Source: an uncultured Candidatus Saccharibacteria bacterium (GTDB taxonomy: Bacteria > Patescibacteriota > Saccharimonadia > Saccharimonadales > JAGQNJ01). Taken from it: a stretch of DNA of 62,069 bases. The position numbers and the translations under genes were made by a program. The stretch spans positions 280-62,348 of the forward strand of contig CAZSVQ010000001.1 in NCBI GenBank assembly GCA_964610345.1. The letters are read 5' to 3'. The notes beneath the pieces were generated by a model. It was not told the DNA's origin and ran no database searches. It worked only from the letters and a program-made list of their open reading frames with translations. Below, in pieces: positions 47,119 through 55,507 of this stretch. Each line of letters begins with the position of its first letter. Within the stretch, counting starts at the first letter, position 1.

Positions 47119-47643
47119 TTAAGATCCTAAAACTTGATTATTAAATAATTTGATTACCTGATCTTTTGCTAGTTTACTTTTTGTAATTGCTACAAAATAT
47201 CTATCATTTAGAATATATGCTGAATTACCACTCAGTAATGCTTCATCTTTAATGTCGGTTATTGTTATTTTGTTAGTTAAATTAGCTGTTTGAGCTTCCC
47301 AGGCTTCATTGACAATTTGTGAATTATTATCTTTAGAATACTTAATAACTATTTGTATATTGTTTTCTGATAACTCGTCTTTGGATTTGAAAGTGCAAGT
47401 ATCGCTACTTAAGCCACCGTTTATACTGGCTTTGGTCGTACTCGGTTTTTCGTAATCAATGTTAAATATTGACTTTAACTCTTCAGGAGTAATTTTGTTA
47501 CAAATATCTTTTTCCTGAGTGTTATTAATAGAGACAACCTCTTGCTTGACAGGGGCTTTTTTATTAGTTGATAATCTCCATACACCAAAAGCTAAGATTG
47601 GTATTAATATAATGGCGCCGAATATTAATATTCTTTTCTTCAT
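47119..47643 (-). CDS. Membrane-anchored or secreted hypothetical protein
   Basis: MKKRILIFGAIILIPILAFGVWRL signal/anchor. 174 aa. Confidence 0.45.
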   Translation of the reverse strand: MKKRILIFGAIILIPILAFGVWRLSTNKKAPVKQEVVSINNTQEKDICNKITPEELKSIFNIDYEKPSTTKASINGGLSSDTCTFKSKDELSENNIQIVIKYSKDNNSQIVNEAWEAQTANLTNKITITDIKDEALLSGNSAYILNDRYFVAITKSKLAKDQVIKLFNNQVLGS

Positions 47644-47751
47644 ATTGTTATTTTATGCAATTAACACAAGCAATGTAAAGTAGCTTGACAAGAATTGGCA
47701 GGGTGGTTACCATGTAAATGGTTAATTAAAAAATAAAAAACCAAAAATAAA

Positions 47752-47982
47752 ATGAACAATTTAGATAACATACAGCAGTTAATGGCTCAAGAAGTTTCGC
47801 GCCGGCAGTTTTTGTTACATACTGGAACTGCATTGTTGGCAATTTTTGGCATTTCGGGTTTAATACGTAATTTAAATTCTATATTTCCACAAAAGGTTGA
47901 TGAATCAGGTGCTTATGGCTGGAATGGATATTCTGGGATAGCAGGCAAAAAAAGCTCTTTGCAAAAGGCAGGTAAATTGTAA
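47752..47982 (+). CDS. 76-aa protein consisting mostly of a twin-arginine (Tat) signal peptide
   Basis: ..AQEVSRRQFLLHTGTALLAIFGISGLI.. matches S-R-R-x-F-L plus an h-region. Its stop overlaps the next start (TAATG). Confidence 0.55.
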   Translation: MNNLDNIQQLMAQEVSRRQFLLHTGTALLAIFGISGLIRNLNSIFPQKVDESGAYGWNGYSGIAGKKSSLQKAGKL

Positions 47983-48680
47983 TGGCACGCTTACCAATTC
48001 CTGGTCAAGATATCGGTACTTGGGGTCAGGTTTTAAATGAATTTTTAAATGTTGGACATAACCCTGATGGTACTCTAAAAATAAGTACTACGCCAGAAAC
48101 TCCAGATGCAAACTCGACTACCAAAGGTAAGCTACGCTTAGCTGGTGATCTTGGAGGTACGGCAGATAGCCCCACAGTTACATCAACCTCATTAACCTCG
48201 GCACTACCGATAAATCAAGGTGGTACAGGTTCGACAACGCAAAACTTTGTAGACATTACAAACAATCAAACCATTGGTGGAACAAAAAGTTTTAGCAGTA
48301 CAGTAAATGCTAGTATAAACGGCACGGCAGACAATGTTACTGGTGTTGTAGCTATCACCAACGGAGGTACCGGCTCTAACACCAAAAATTTTGTTGACCT
48401 TACAACCAATCAAACAATTGCTGGCAGTAAAACCTTTTCTGACGTGATTATTGGTGATATTGCTGGGAATTCTAATAACGTAAATGGGGTTGTGGCTATC
48501 ACCAACGGTGGTACCGGGCAAACTACCCCCGACGCAGCTCTAAATGCGTTACTGCCAAATCAAACAGGCAATAACGGCAGAGTATTGCAAACCGATGGCG
48601 CAACTGCTACCTGGGTTCAACCAGCCACAACAAATCTTGACGATATTTATGCTTTGCAGTGGATGGTAGTCGGCGCCTAA
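47982..48680 (+). CDS. Tail-fibre-like repeat protein with the conserved N-terminal LPIPG module
   Basis: [33 protein letters not shown], then ~44 aa repeats I(T/N)(N/Q)GGTGS.T.NFVD(I/L)T.NQTI.G.K.FS. It ends ..LQTDGATATWVQP.. . No signal peptide. Confidence 0.65.
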   Translation: MARLPIPGQDIGTWGQVLNEFLNVGHNPDGTLKISTTPETPDANSTTKGKLRLAGDLGGTADSPTVTSTSLTSALPINQGGTGSTTQNFVDITNNQTIGGTKSFSSTVNASINGTADNVTGVVAITNGGTGSNTKNFVDLTTNQTIAGSKTFSDVIIGDIAGNSNNVNGVVAITNGGTGQTTPDAALNALLPNQTGNNGRVLQTDGATATWVQPATTNLDDIYALQWMVVGA

Positions 48681-48705
48681 ATCCCAGAATTGTAAACTAA
48701 TAATT

Positions 48706-50580
48706 TTATACCTTAAGTTTTTTGGTTTTGCGCCAAGGGCCGTGAGCTCGCAGGGCATAAATTATAACTGTTACGTCAACAAGCTCTTGGATTATCGCAC
48801 CACTTGTAGCGTTGAATTTACCGGTAGAATAAATCAACATCAAAACTATACTTATAATAATACCAATCATAATACTTTGTTTGGCGATACTAAGAGTATT
48901 TTTGGCGATATCTAAACTTTGTGCAACTTTACTGACATCGTCTAACATGATTACAACATCTGCGGTTTCGCTAGCAGCTGTTGAGCCACGAGCCCCTAGT
49001 GCAATACCAACTTCTGAAGCTGTTAGTACTGGTGCGTCATTCACCCCATCACCAACAAAGGCAACCGGACGGTGTTTTAATTCTTCAATGGCGGTTAGTT
49101 TATCGGCTGGCAAGCAGTCTGCCTTTACATTAGTAATACCAAGTTTTTTAGCAATAGTTTGGGCCGTCGTTTTATTATCACCAGTAACCATCAGAGTGTT
49201 TTTAATGCCAAGTTTTTTAATTCGCGCAAGCATTGATTTGCTTTCTGGGCGGATTGCATCTTCAAAACTAATAGTGCCAATTACGTTTTCGTCAACCACT
49301 ACCAACGAGGTAGTATCTGTTAAAGTGCTGGCTTTTAGTTGGCTAGGCATGTTGATTTTGCTTGAGCGTACAAAATTATATTTACCGACAATGATTTGTT
49401 TATTGCCGGCATAGCCTAGCAAGCCATGACCAGCTACTTCTTTAACATTTTTTGTTTTAGGTAGTTTTAATTTCTTTTTTTCGGCTTCATTTACGACAGC
49501 CTGAGCCAGTATGTGGTTAGAGTTATGCTCGAGTGCTGCAGCATACCCTAGCACATCACATATTTTATTTTTTCCAAATGCCGTAACTTTTTTTACGGTC
49601 GGGCGCCCGACCGTTAATGTGCCGGTTTTATCAAAAGCAACAGTTTTGACATCAGCAAGCTGTTCAATTGCCCCACCGTTTTTTATTATAATGCCGTGCC
49701 TAGCAGCTCGGCTAATTCCAGAAATCAAAGCTATTGGCGCTCCCAAAATTAATGGGCAGGGAGTTGCTACAACGAGTACTTGTAAGAACCGCATAGAGTC
49801 ACCAGACATAATCCAAGCCCCTCCAGCAATGATAAAAGCTATAATAGTAAATGGAATACTATAACGATCAGCTAAACGGACAAATGGTGATTGAGAAGTA
49901 GAGGCTGATTTAACTAATTTTATTATTTGTTCATACTGGCTGTCGACAGAGGTGTGGATGGCTTTTATAGTAATTGTGCCGTCAACAGCGATTGCTCCAC
50001 TAAGTATGGTTTCTCCAATTTCTTTATTTATTGGCAGACTTTCCCCGGTAATGCTAGATTCGTCAAAACTTGAATCGCCTTCTAGTATTATACCGTCAAC
50101 TGGCACCACCTCACCTGGCTTAATCAAAATTTTATCACCAACTTGAACTTTACTAACTACTACATCAATAGTTTTACGGCCTTTTAAAATACGAGCTTGT
50201 TTAGGGGCGTTATTTAATAGTGTACTCAGTTCTGCCTTAGCGCGGTTTTCGGCATAATCTTCAAGTGCTTCACCACCGGTTAGCATCAAGACGATAATTA
50301 TTCCGGCCCAATATTCTCCAAGTACTATAGATGTAATGATTGCTGTAGCTGCAAGTATATCAACACCGTATGTGCCATGCCTAAGGTCTTGAATCATGCC
50401 CCAAACCAGAGGAATGGTGTTTAATATTGCCGTAACAGCAAGCAAAATATGAGCGGTCTTAGTAAAACCAGCAAAAGTTAGACACAGTGCAAATAAAATT
50501 GAAACTACAGTCCAACCAAATTGATAGTACTCTCTAAAAAATCGTCCAAGCTTTTTGAACACATCACCTCCTGTAATCAA
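48706..50580 (-). CDS. P1B-type heavy-metal translocating P-type ATPase with TPCP transmembrane motif, no N-terminal metal-binding domain
   Basis: TGES, DKTGTLT, GDGVNDAP, and TM motif VVATPCPLILG. The N-terminus starts directly with TM helices. Confidence 0.85.
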   Translation of the reverse strand: MITGGDVFKKLGRFFREYYQFGWTVVSILFALCLTFAGFTKTAHILLAVTAILNTIPLVWGMIQDLRHGTYGVDILAATAIITSIVLGEYWAGIIIVLMLTGGEALEDYAENRAKAELSTLLNNAPKQARILKGRKTIDVVVSKVQVGDKILIKPGEVVPVDGIILEGDSSFDESSITGESLPINKEIGETILSGAIAVDGTITIKAIHTSVDSQYEQIIKLVKSASTSQSPFVRLADRYSIPFTIIAFIIAGGAWIMSGDSMRFLQVLVVATPCPLILGAPIALISGISRAARHGIIIKNGGAIEQLADVKTVAFDKTGTLTVGRPTVKKVTAFGKNKICDVLGYAAALEHNSNHILAQAVVNEAEKKKLKLPKTKNVKEVAGHGLLGYAGNKQIIVGKYNFVRSSKINMPSQLKASTLTDTTSLVVVDENVIGTISFEDAIRPESKSMLARIKKLGIKNTLMVTGDNKTTAQTIAKKLGITNVKADCLPADKLTAIEELKHRPVAFVGDGVNDAPVLTASEVGIALGARGSTAASETADVVIMLDDVSKVAQSLDIAKNTLSIAKQSIMIGIIISIVLMLIYSTGKFNATSGAIIQELVDVTVIIYALRAHGPWRKTKKLKV

Positions 50581-50655
50581 TTGATTTTGTTCTTTGCAAT
50601 ATTATAACAGAGATTATTACTGCAGAGGAGTCAATTCTGCGTTACAATAAAACCT

Positions 50656-51033
50656 ATGGTTATTTTGTTGGCTCTAAAATGGTGGTATAGCGCTGGCTGG
50701 CAATGGGTATGGACACAATCTGTTAGTGAACGTATCAACTGGGTAAATCAAGCCTTCTCAATTTCTGCTTTGGTGCGTACATGGTTTTCACCATTTAAGC
50801 AAACGTATAGTAAAGTCAACAAGGGCTCAATTGATTTTAGGGTTCAGGCGGCTGTAGATAATTTTGTATCTAGATTTATCGGGTCAATTCTCAGAACAAT
50901 AATTATTATTGCCGGGCTACTTTGTATGATATTGGCCGTGACTACTGGAGTGTTGGCAATAATTCTTTGGCCAGTTATTCCTTTAATGCCTCTAATTGCA
51001 ATTATCCTTAGCGTAAGTGGGCTAGGTGCATGA
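50656..51033 (+). CDS. Small Trp-rich membrane protein translationally coupled to the Clp-like ATPase
   Basis: 125 aa with C-terminal TM helices. Its stop overlaps the next start (ATGA at 51030). Confidence 0.5.
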   Translation: MVILLALKWWYSAGWQWVWTQSVSERINWVNQAFSISALVRTWFSPFKQTYSKVNKGSIDFRVQAAVDNFVSRFIGSILRTIIIIAGLLCMILAVTTGVLAIILWPVIPLMPLIAIILSVSGLGA

Positions 51034-53453
51034 AAGATTCATTGCACTGTAATATTAAAAGTGCCAGAGCTGTGAAAGCGCGTTTTGCAACACATTTTGA
51101 CAATACTCTTGTTAGGCAATCACTAACAGTAGTTAATTTTATATGTATCGCAGGACTAGTGTGGCTAATATTTGTAACTAAAAGTACTTTAGGTTGGTTG
51201 TTGCTAGCACCGTTTTCGATAAATATTTTCTTTTTGGCTTGGTATCACGGTGAGCTTTCAGATCTAACGCCAACATCTAAGTTAGATGAAGTTAGAGATT
51301 TAAGTGATGTTGTTAGCAGGCGATTGCTGGCACAGTTGTCTGACTCAATGACGCCAAAAGATCTTGCTAAATGTATTACTAAACAAGAGGGTGGTTATTT
51401 TTTTGGAGCCAGATTTGGGATTGGCCAAGATTTTTTATTGCAATATTCAGCTGATGATGAAGGCTCTAGTGCCTTGGTGTGGAGTCGAGCGATAGAGTTA
51501 GCGCTCAAGACAGGCAGTCAAGAAATTGACTCCGGAGATTTGGCAGGAGCGTTAATATTAACTATCCCTGAGGCAGAGCCAACATTGGCACGTTTAGCAA
51601 TTGATGCTAGTGATATTAAAAATGGCGTAGAATGGCTTGCTCATATTCGTCGGATGATTGAACGAGCAGAGGAGAAAAGTCATTTTGGTGGAATTGGCAG
51701 AGATCTTAGTTTTGGTTGGGCTCCAACTCTAAACCATGTGGGATTCAACATTACGGATAGCATTCAGAACGGTGCATTTTTAAGTCGTGCTGTTGTTAGT
51801 CGTGAGCAAAATATTGATCAGATTATGCGGTTACTAGCTCAGCATGGAAGACGCAATGCAGTGTTAGTCGGCGAACCAGGAGTCGGCAAAACAACTTTAA
51901 TATATAGTTTGGCTCAACGGTTATTGTTAGGCAACTCAGCTATTCCTCGTGAGTTGATGTTTCAGCAAATAATAACACTCGACGCTGCTAACTTAATAAC
52001 TAACGCCAAAGCTCGTGGGCAACTAGAGTCTCTATTAATTAGAGTTTTTAACGAGGCGATTCATGCAAAAAATGTAATTATTTTTCTTGATGATGCGCAA
52101 CTATTTTTAAAAGATGGTACTGGCTCAGTGGATTTATCTAATTTACTTTTACCAATATTACAGGGTGGAGCATTGCGTATAATTTTGTCGTTGACTGATC
52201 AAGAATGGTTACGTTTGAGTCAAGAAAATCCAGGGTTGGCTCAGCTTGCAAATAGGGTGGCCGTCAAGCCGTTAGAACACGACGAAACTATTCAAGTAGT
52301 TGAAGATGAAGTTGTGCTACTTGAAGCAAAAAACAAACAAGTCTATATGTATCAATCAATAAACGAGGCTTATAACTTAGCCGAGCGATTCATTCATGAA
52401 CAAGCATTTCCCGGCAAAGCTATAAAATTATTAGAGGCAGCCGCAAACTTCCCAGAAAGTGAACATTTTGTGACCGCAAAAAGTGTTAAGTTAGCGGTTG
52501 AAAAATCTTTTGATGTTAAGGTGCAATCGGCTGACACACAAGCTGAAAAAGATACCCTACTAAATTTGGAGCAAAAAATTCACGAACGTATGATTAACCA
52601 AACTCGAGCTGTAACTTTAGTTAGTGACGCATTAAGGCGTGCTCGGAGCGGGGTGCGTAACCAAAATAAACCAATTGGTACATTCTTGTTCTTGGGCCCA
52701 ACTGGAGTTGGTAAAACTGAGTTATCAAAAGCTTTAGCTTTTGTGTATTTTGGTGGCGAAGAACGTATGGTTAGGATTGATTTAAACGAGTATTCTCACG
52801 CAGAGGATACTAGTCGCTTGTTGGCAGTGGGCGCAATCGACCCTTATAGTTTATGTGCTCAAATTGCCAAACATCCATTTAGTGTGGTGCTACTGGATGA
52901 AATCGAAAAGGCCCACCCCAATGTTTTAAATATCCTACTTCAAATGCTTGACGAGGGTGTTCTGCGTGACGCTAATAATAAACCAATCAGTTTTAGGGAT
53001 GCAATTATTATTTGTACCAGTAATGCCGGAGCTGAGCAGATTAGGGCACACATTAACCAAGGACAAAATCTAGAAGATTTTGAAGAAGCGTTAGTGGATG
53101 AACTAATTAATGCTAATATTTTTAGACCAGAATTTTTAAATCGGTTTGATGAAATCGTATTATTTAGGCCGCTTAAAAAAGAAGAGCTCATTCAGCTAAT
53201 TGACTTACTGCTACACTCACTTAACAAAACACTGGCCGATAGAAAGGTCAGTGTTGTGTTGACTGATCGCGCCAAAGAACTATTAGCAACCCGTGGCTAT
53301 GATCCACGCCTGGGCGCACGCCCCTTGCGCCGAGTTATGCAAAGAGCGGTAGAAAATTTGGTGGCTCAAAAACTGTTGTCTAGCCAGGTAGGCCCCGGAC
53401 AGCAAATCCAGTTAGACGCACCAGAACTTCACAAAGTACTAGAATCTAGGTAG
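51030..53453 (+). CDS. Membrane-anchored two-ring Clp/Hsp100-family AAA+ ATPase (no M-domain, no ClpP-docking loop recognised)
   Basis: Two N-terminal TM helices and a Clp_N-like region. NBD1 has Walker A GEPGVGKTT and Walker B IIFLDDAQ. NBD2 has Walker A GPTGVGKTE and Walker B VVLLDEIEKAHPNV. The C-terminus is D2-small (GARPLRRVMQRAVEN). Confidence 0.8.
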   Translation: MKDSLHCNIKSARAVKARFATHFDNTLVRQSLTVVNFICIAGLVWLIFVTKSTLGWLLLAPFSINIFFLAWYHGELSDLTPTSKLDEVRDLSDVVSRRLLAQLSDSMTPKDLAKCITKQEGGYFFGARFGIGQDFLLQYSADDEGSSALVWSRAIELALKTGSQEIDSGDLAGALILTIPEAEPTLARLAIDASDIKNGVEWLAHIRRMIERAEEKSHFGGIGRDLSFGWAPTLNHVGFNITDSIQNGAFLSRAVVSREQNIDQIMRLLAQHGRRNAVLVGEPGVGKTTLIYSLAQRLLLGNSAIPRELMFQQIITLDAANLITNAKARGQLESLLIRVFNEAIHAKNVIIFLDDAQLFLKDGTGSVDLSNLLLPILQGGALRIILSLTDQEWLRLSQENPGLAQLANRVAVKPLEHDETIQVVEDEVVLLEAKNKQVYMYQSINEAYNLAERFIHEQAFPGKAIKLLEAAANFPESEHFVTAKSVKLAVEKSFDVKVQSADTQAEKDTLLNLEQKIHERMINQTRAVTLVSDALRRARSGVRNQNKPIGTFLFLGPTGVGKTELSKALAFVYFGGEERMVRIDLNEYSHAEDTSRLLAVGAIDPYSLCAQIAKHPFSVVLLDEIEKAHPNVLNILLQMLDEGVLRDANNKPISFRDAIIICTSNAGAEQIRAHINQGQNLEDFEEALVDELINANIFRPEFLNRFDEIVLFRPLKKEELIQLIDLLLHSLNKTLADRKVSVVLTDRAKELLATRGYDPRLGARPLRRVMQRAVENLVAQKLLSSQVGPGQQIQLDAPELHKVLESR
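53238..53305 (+). repeat. Left copy of a perfect 68-nt direct repeat (inside the 3' end of the Clp-like gene)
   Basis: GATAGAAAGGTCAGTGTTGTGTTGACTGATCGCGCCAAAGAACTATTAGCAACCCGTGGCTATGATCC is identical at 58809-58876. Confidence 0.95.
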
Positions 53454-53671
53454 CTCAGCTCCAGGTTATGAGTTTGCTATTTGGGCTACAAATTGAGCCC
53501 AATACTTAGCCGGTGTCTAAAACATATATCAAGTTGATAACGATATTTGATGTTTGAAATGCGTCGATATACTTTAATCAGTAAAAGATGCCGTAGACAT
53601 TGACGGTGAAATGTAATATTATAATGCTAACAAACAAGATTATTGAACAATAATCAATAAAGTTAAACAAT

Positions 53672-55507
53672 ATGTCTAAGCATAACCGACAATCACAAAG
53701 AATGAGATATTTCAGCACCTTAGCTGGGCCATATCAAAAATTACAAAGAAAACACCCATATAAAGTAAGCTACAGTAAGCTTAATAGTAAAGACAATATA
53801 TTGTATCGTTTTTGGGTAATAGCAATGGCATATATGTCTTTAGGGATAGTGCTAGCGTTTACGGCTGTTTTGTTTCGACCCGAGCATTGGATAATTAGGC
53901 TTCAGCCTGAATCATCGCTACATACATGGAATTTGTTAATGTTGGTGTGTTTGGTTATGTTGCAGATTTTTGTGATTATTGGTACTATTTCGGCCACTAG
54001 ATCAACGCTAAAAGCTCGTAATCCAATTCCGGTCCGGCCACCTAGAGGGTTGCGTGTAGCATTTGTGACTACTCGTGCTCCCGGGGAGCCGATAGATTTA
54101 GTGCGCACCACTTTAGAGGCCGCCAAAAGGGTACGTTACAAACAGGGCACGGTAGAGGTGTGGCTACTTGATGAAACTAAGGATCCTGCGCTAAAAACTC
54201 TGTGCAGACAAACTGGCGTAAAATACTTCAGCCGAAAAAATGTAGCTAAATGGAATACTTTAAAGCCAAAATCAAAACTACATCGTTTATATGCTATCGG
54301 AAGTAAAAATGGTAAAAACTACATCAAGCCAGATCAATTTTATGCGACACGAACAAAGCACGGTAATTTTAATGCGTGGTTAGCTTATTTAGAGAGCAAG
54401 CATATTAGATATGATATCTTGGCGGGGGTAGATACTGACCATGTTCCGGAACCGAACTTCTTAGAGCGCATTTTGGGCTATTTTCGTGATGATGATGTTG
54501 CGTTTGTGGTTGGTCCACAAGTTTATGGTAATTATACTGTTGGTGCTAGCGGATTGGTTACACGGTGGGCTGAATCGCAGGCATCGTTTTTTCAAAGTAC
54601 AATTCAGCGTGCCGGTAATGCTAGTAAATCGCCGATGTTTGTGGGCACAAATTACGCTGTAAGAATACCGGTGTTGCAACAAATAAGAGGTTTCCAGCCG
54701 TGCATAACTGAGGATATGGCAACAGGTTTAGCTATTCACGCTAGTCAAAATCCAAGTACTGGCAATCACTGGGAGTCGGTCTACACGCCCGATGTACTGG
54801 CAGTGGGTGAGGGTCCGGAAGCCTGGGCGCCATTCTTCACGCAACAATGGCGCTGGGCAGGTGGGTCTTTTGATACTTGGCGATGCATAGTCTGGAAACT
54901 AGGGTATCGTATTCCGTTCAGAGCAATGTTGCACTATCTATTGATGCTCGTTTACTATCCAATTTCTGCTTTAACATGGATTTTAGCAGTTGCAAGTAGT
55001 TTAATGTATTTGACGACAGGGGCTACAGCTATTCTTGCTCCTTGGGGAATGTTTATGGCGTTATATCTTATGTCGATGGTGATGCAGTTGAGCTTATATT
55101 TTTGGAACCGTCGCTTTAATGTGTCGCCACACGAGCCAGAAGGTTCTTACGGAGTAGCGGGCATGGTTATGTCTTCTTTGGTTGCCCCGGTATACTCTTC
55201 GGCTCTGATGGGAATACTAGTGGGTAAAAAACCAAATTTTGTAGTTACTGCTAAAGGTGGTGGTGCTAGTTTGGATCGGTGGACGGCATTTAGAGTGCAC
55301 TTGCAATGGGCAATAATATTAGCAGTGGCGTTAGGTTATGGTATTTATGCCAAAAATGATCACCCGGCAATGCTTATTTGGGTCGGGTGCCTACTGGCTG
55401 TTTGCTTGTTGCCATGCGTATTGGCTTTGAATTTGTCTATGAAGAGTTGGTCGCAAAACCTAATTATTAAATTGAGGCCTGAATCGAAAGGAGTTCACCA
55501 TGCATAA
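53672..55507 (+). CDS. cslA: Cellulose-synthase-like family 2 glycosyltransferase (CslA-like)
   Basis: Polytopic, with GT2 motifs DTDH (DxD), ITEDMATG (TED) and QQWRWAGG (QxxRW). It overlaps the downstream gene by 8 nt. Confidence 0.8.
   Translation: MSKHNRQSQRMRYFSTLAGPYQKLQRKHPYKVSYSKLNSKDNILYRFWVIAMAYMSLGIVLAFTAVLFRPEHWIIRLQPESSLHTWNLLMLVCLVMLQIFVIIGTISATRSTLKARNPIPVRPPRGLRVAFVTTRAPGEPIDLVRTTLEAAKRVRYKQGTVEVWLLDETKDPALKTLCRQTGVKYFSRKNVAKWNTLKPKSKLHRLYAIGSKNGKNYIKPDQFYATRTKHGNFNAWLAYLESKHIRYDILAGVDTDHVPEPNFLERILGYFRDDDVAFVVGPQVYGNYTVGASGLVTRWAESQASFFQSTIQRAGNASKSPMFVGTNYAVRIPVLQQIRGFQPCITEDMATGLAIHASQNPSTGNHWESVYTPDVLAVGEGPEAWAPFFTQQWRWAGGSFDTWRCIVWKLGYRIPFRAMLHYLLMLVYYPISALTWILAVASSLMYLTTGATAILAPWGMFMALYLMSMVMQLSLYFWNRRFNVSPHEPEGSYGVAGMVMSSLVAPVYSSALMGILVGKKPNFVVTAKGGGASLDRWTAFRVHLQWAIILAVALGYGIYAKNDHPAMLIWVGCLLAVCLLPCVLALNLSMKSWSQNLIIKLRPESKGVHHA

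Noticed and set aside
30967-48680. An intact prophage explaining the collagen-like, glycine-rich, LamG and tail-fibre-like genes
   Set aside because: There is no terminase, portal, capsid, tail tube/sheath, tape measure, lysis or integrase gene anywhere in 62 kb. The fibre-like genes are in three separate loci interleaved with housekeeping genes (tRNAs, tatAC, ftsB-like). A co-opted or remnant origin remains possible.
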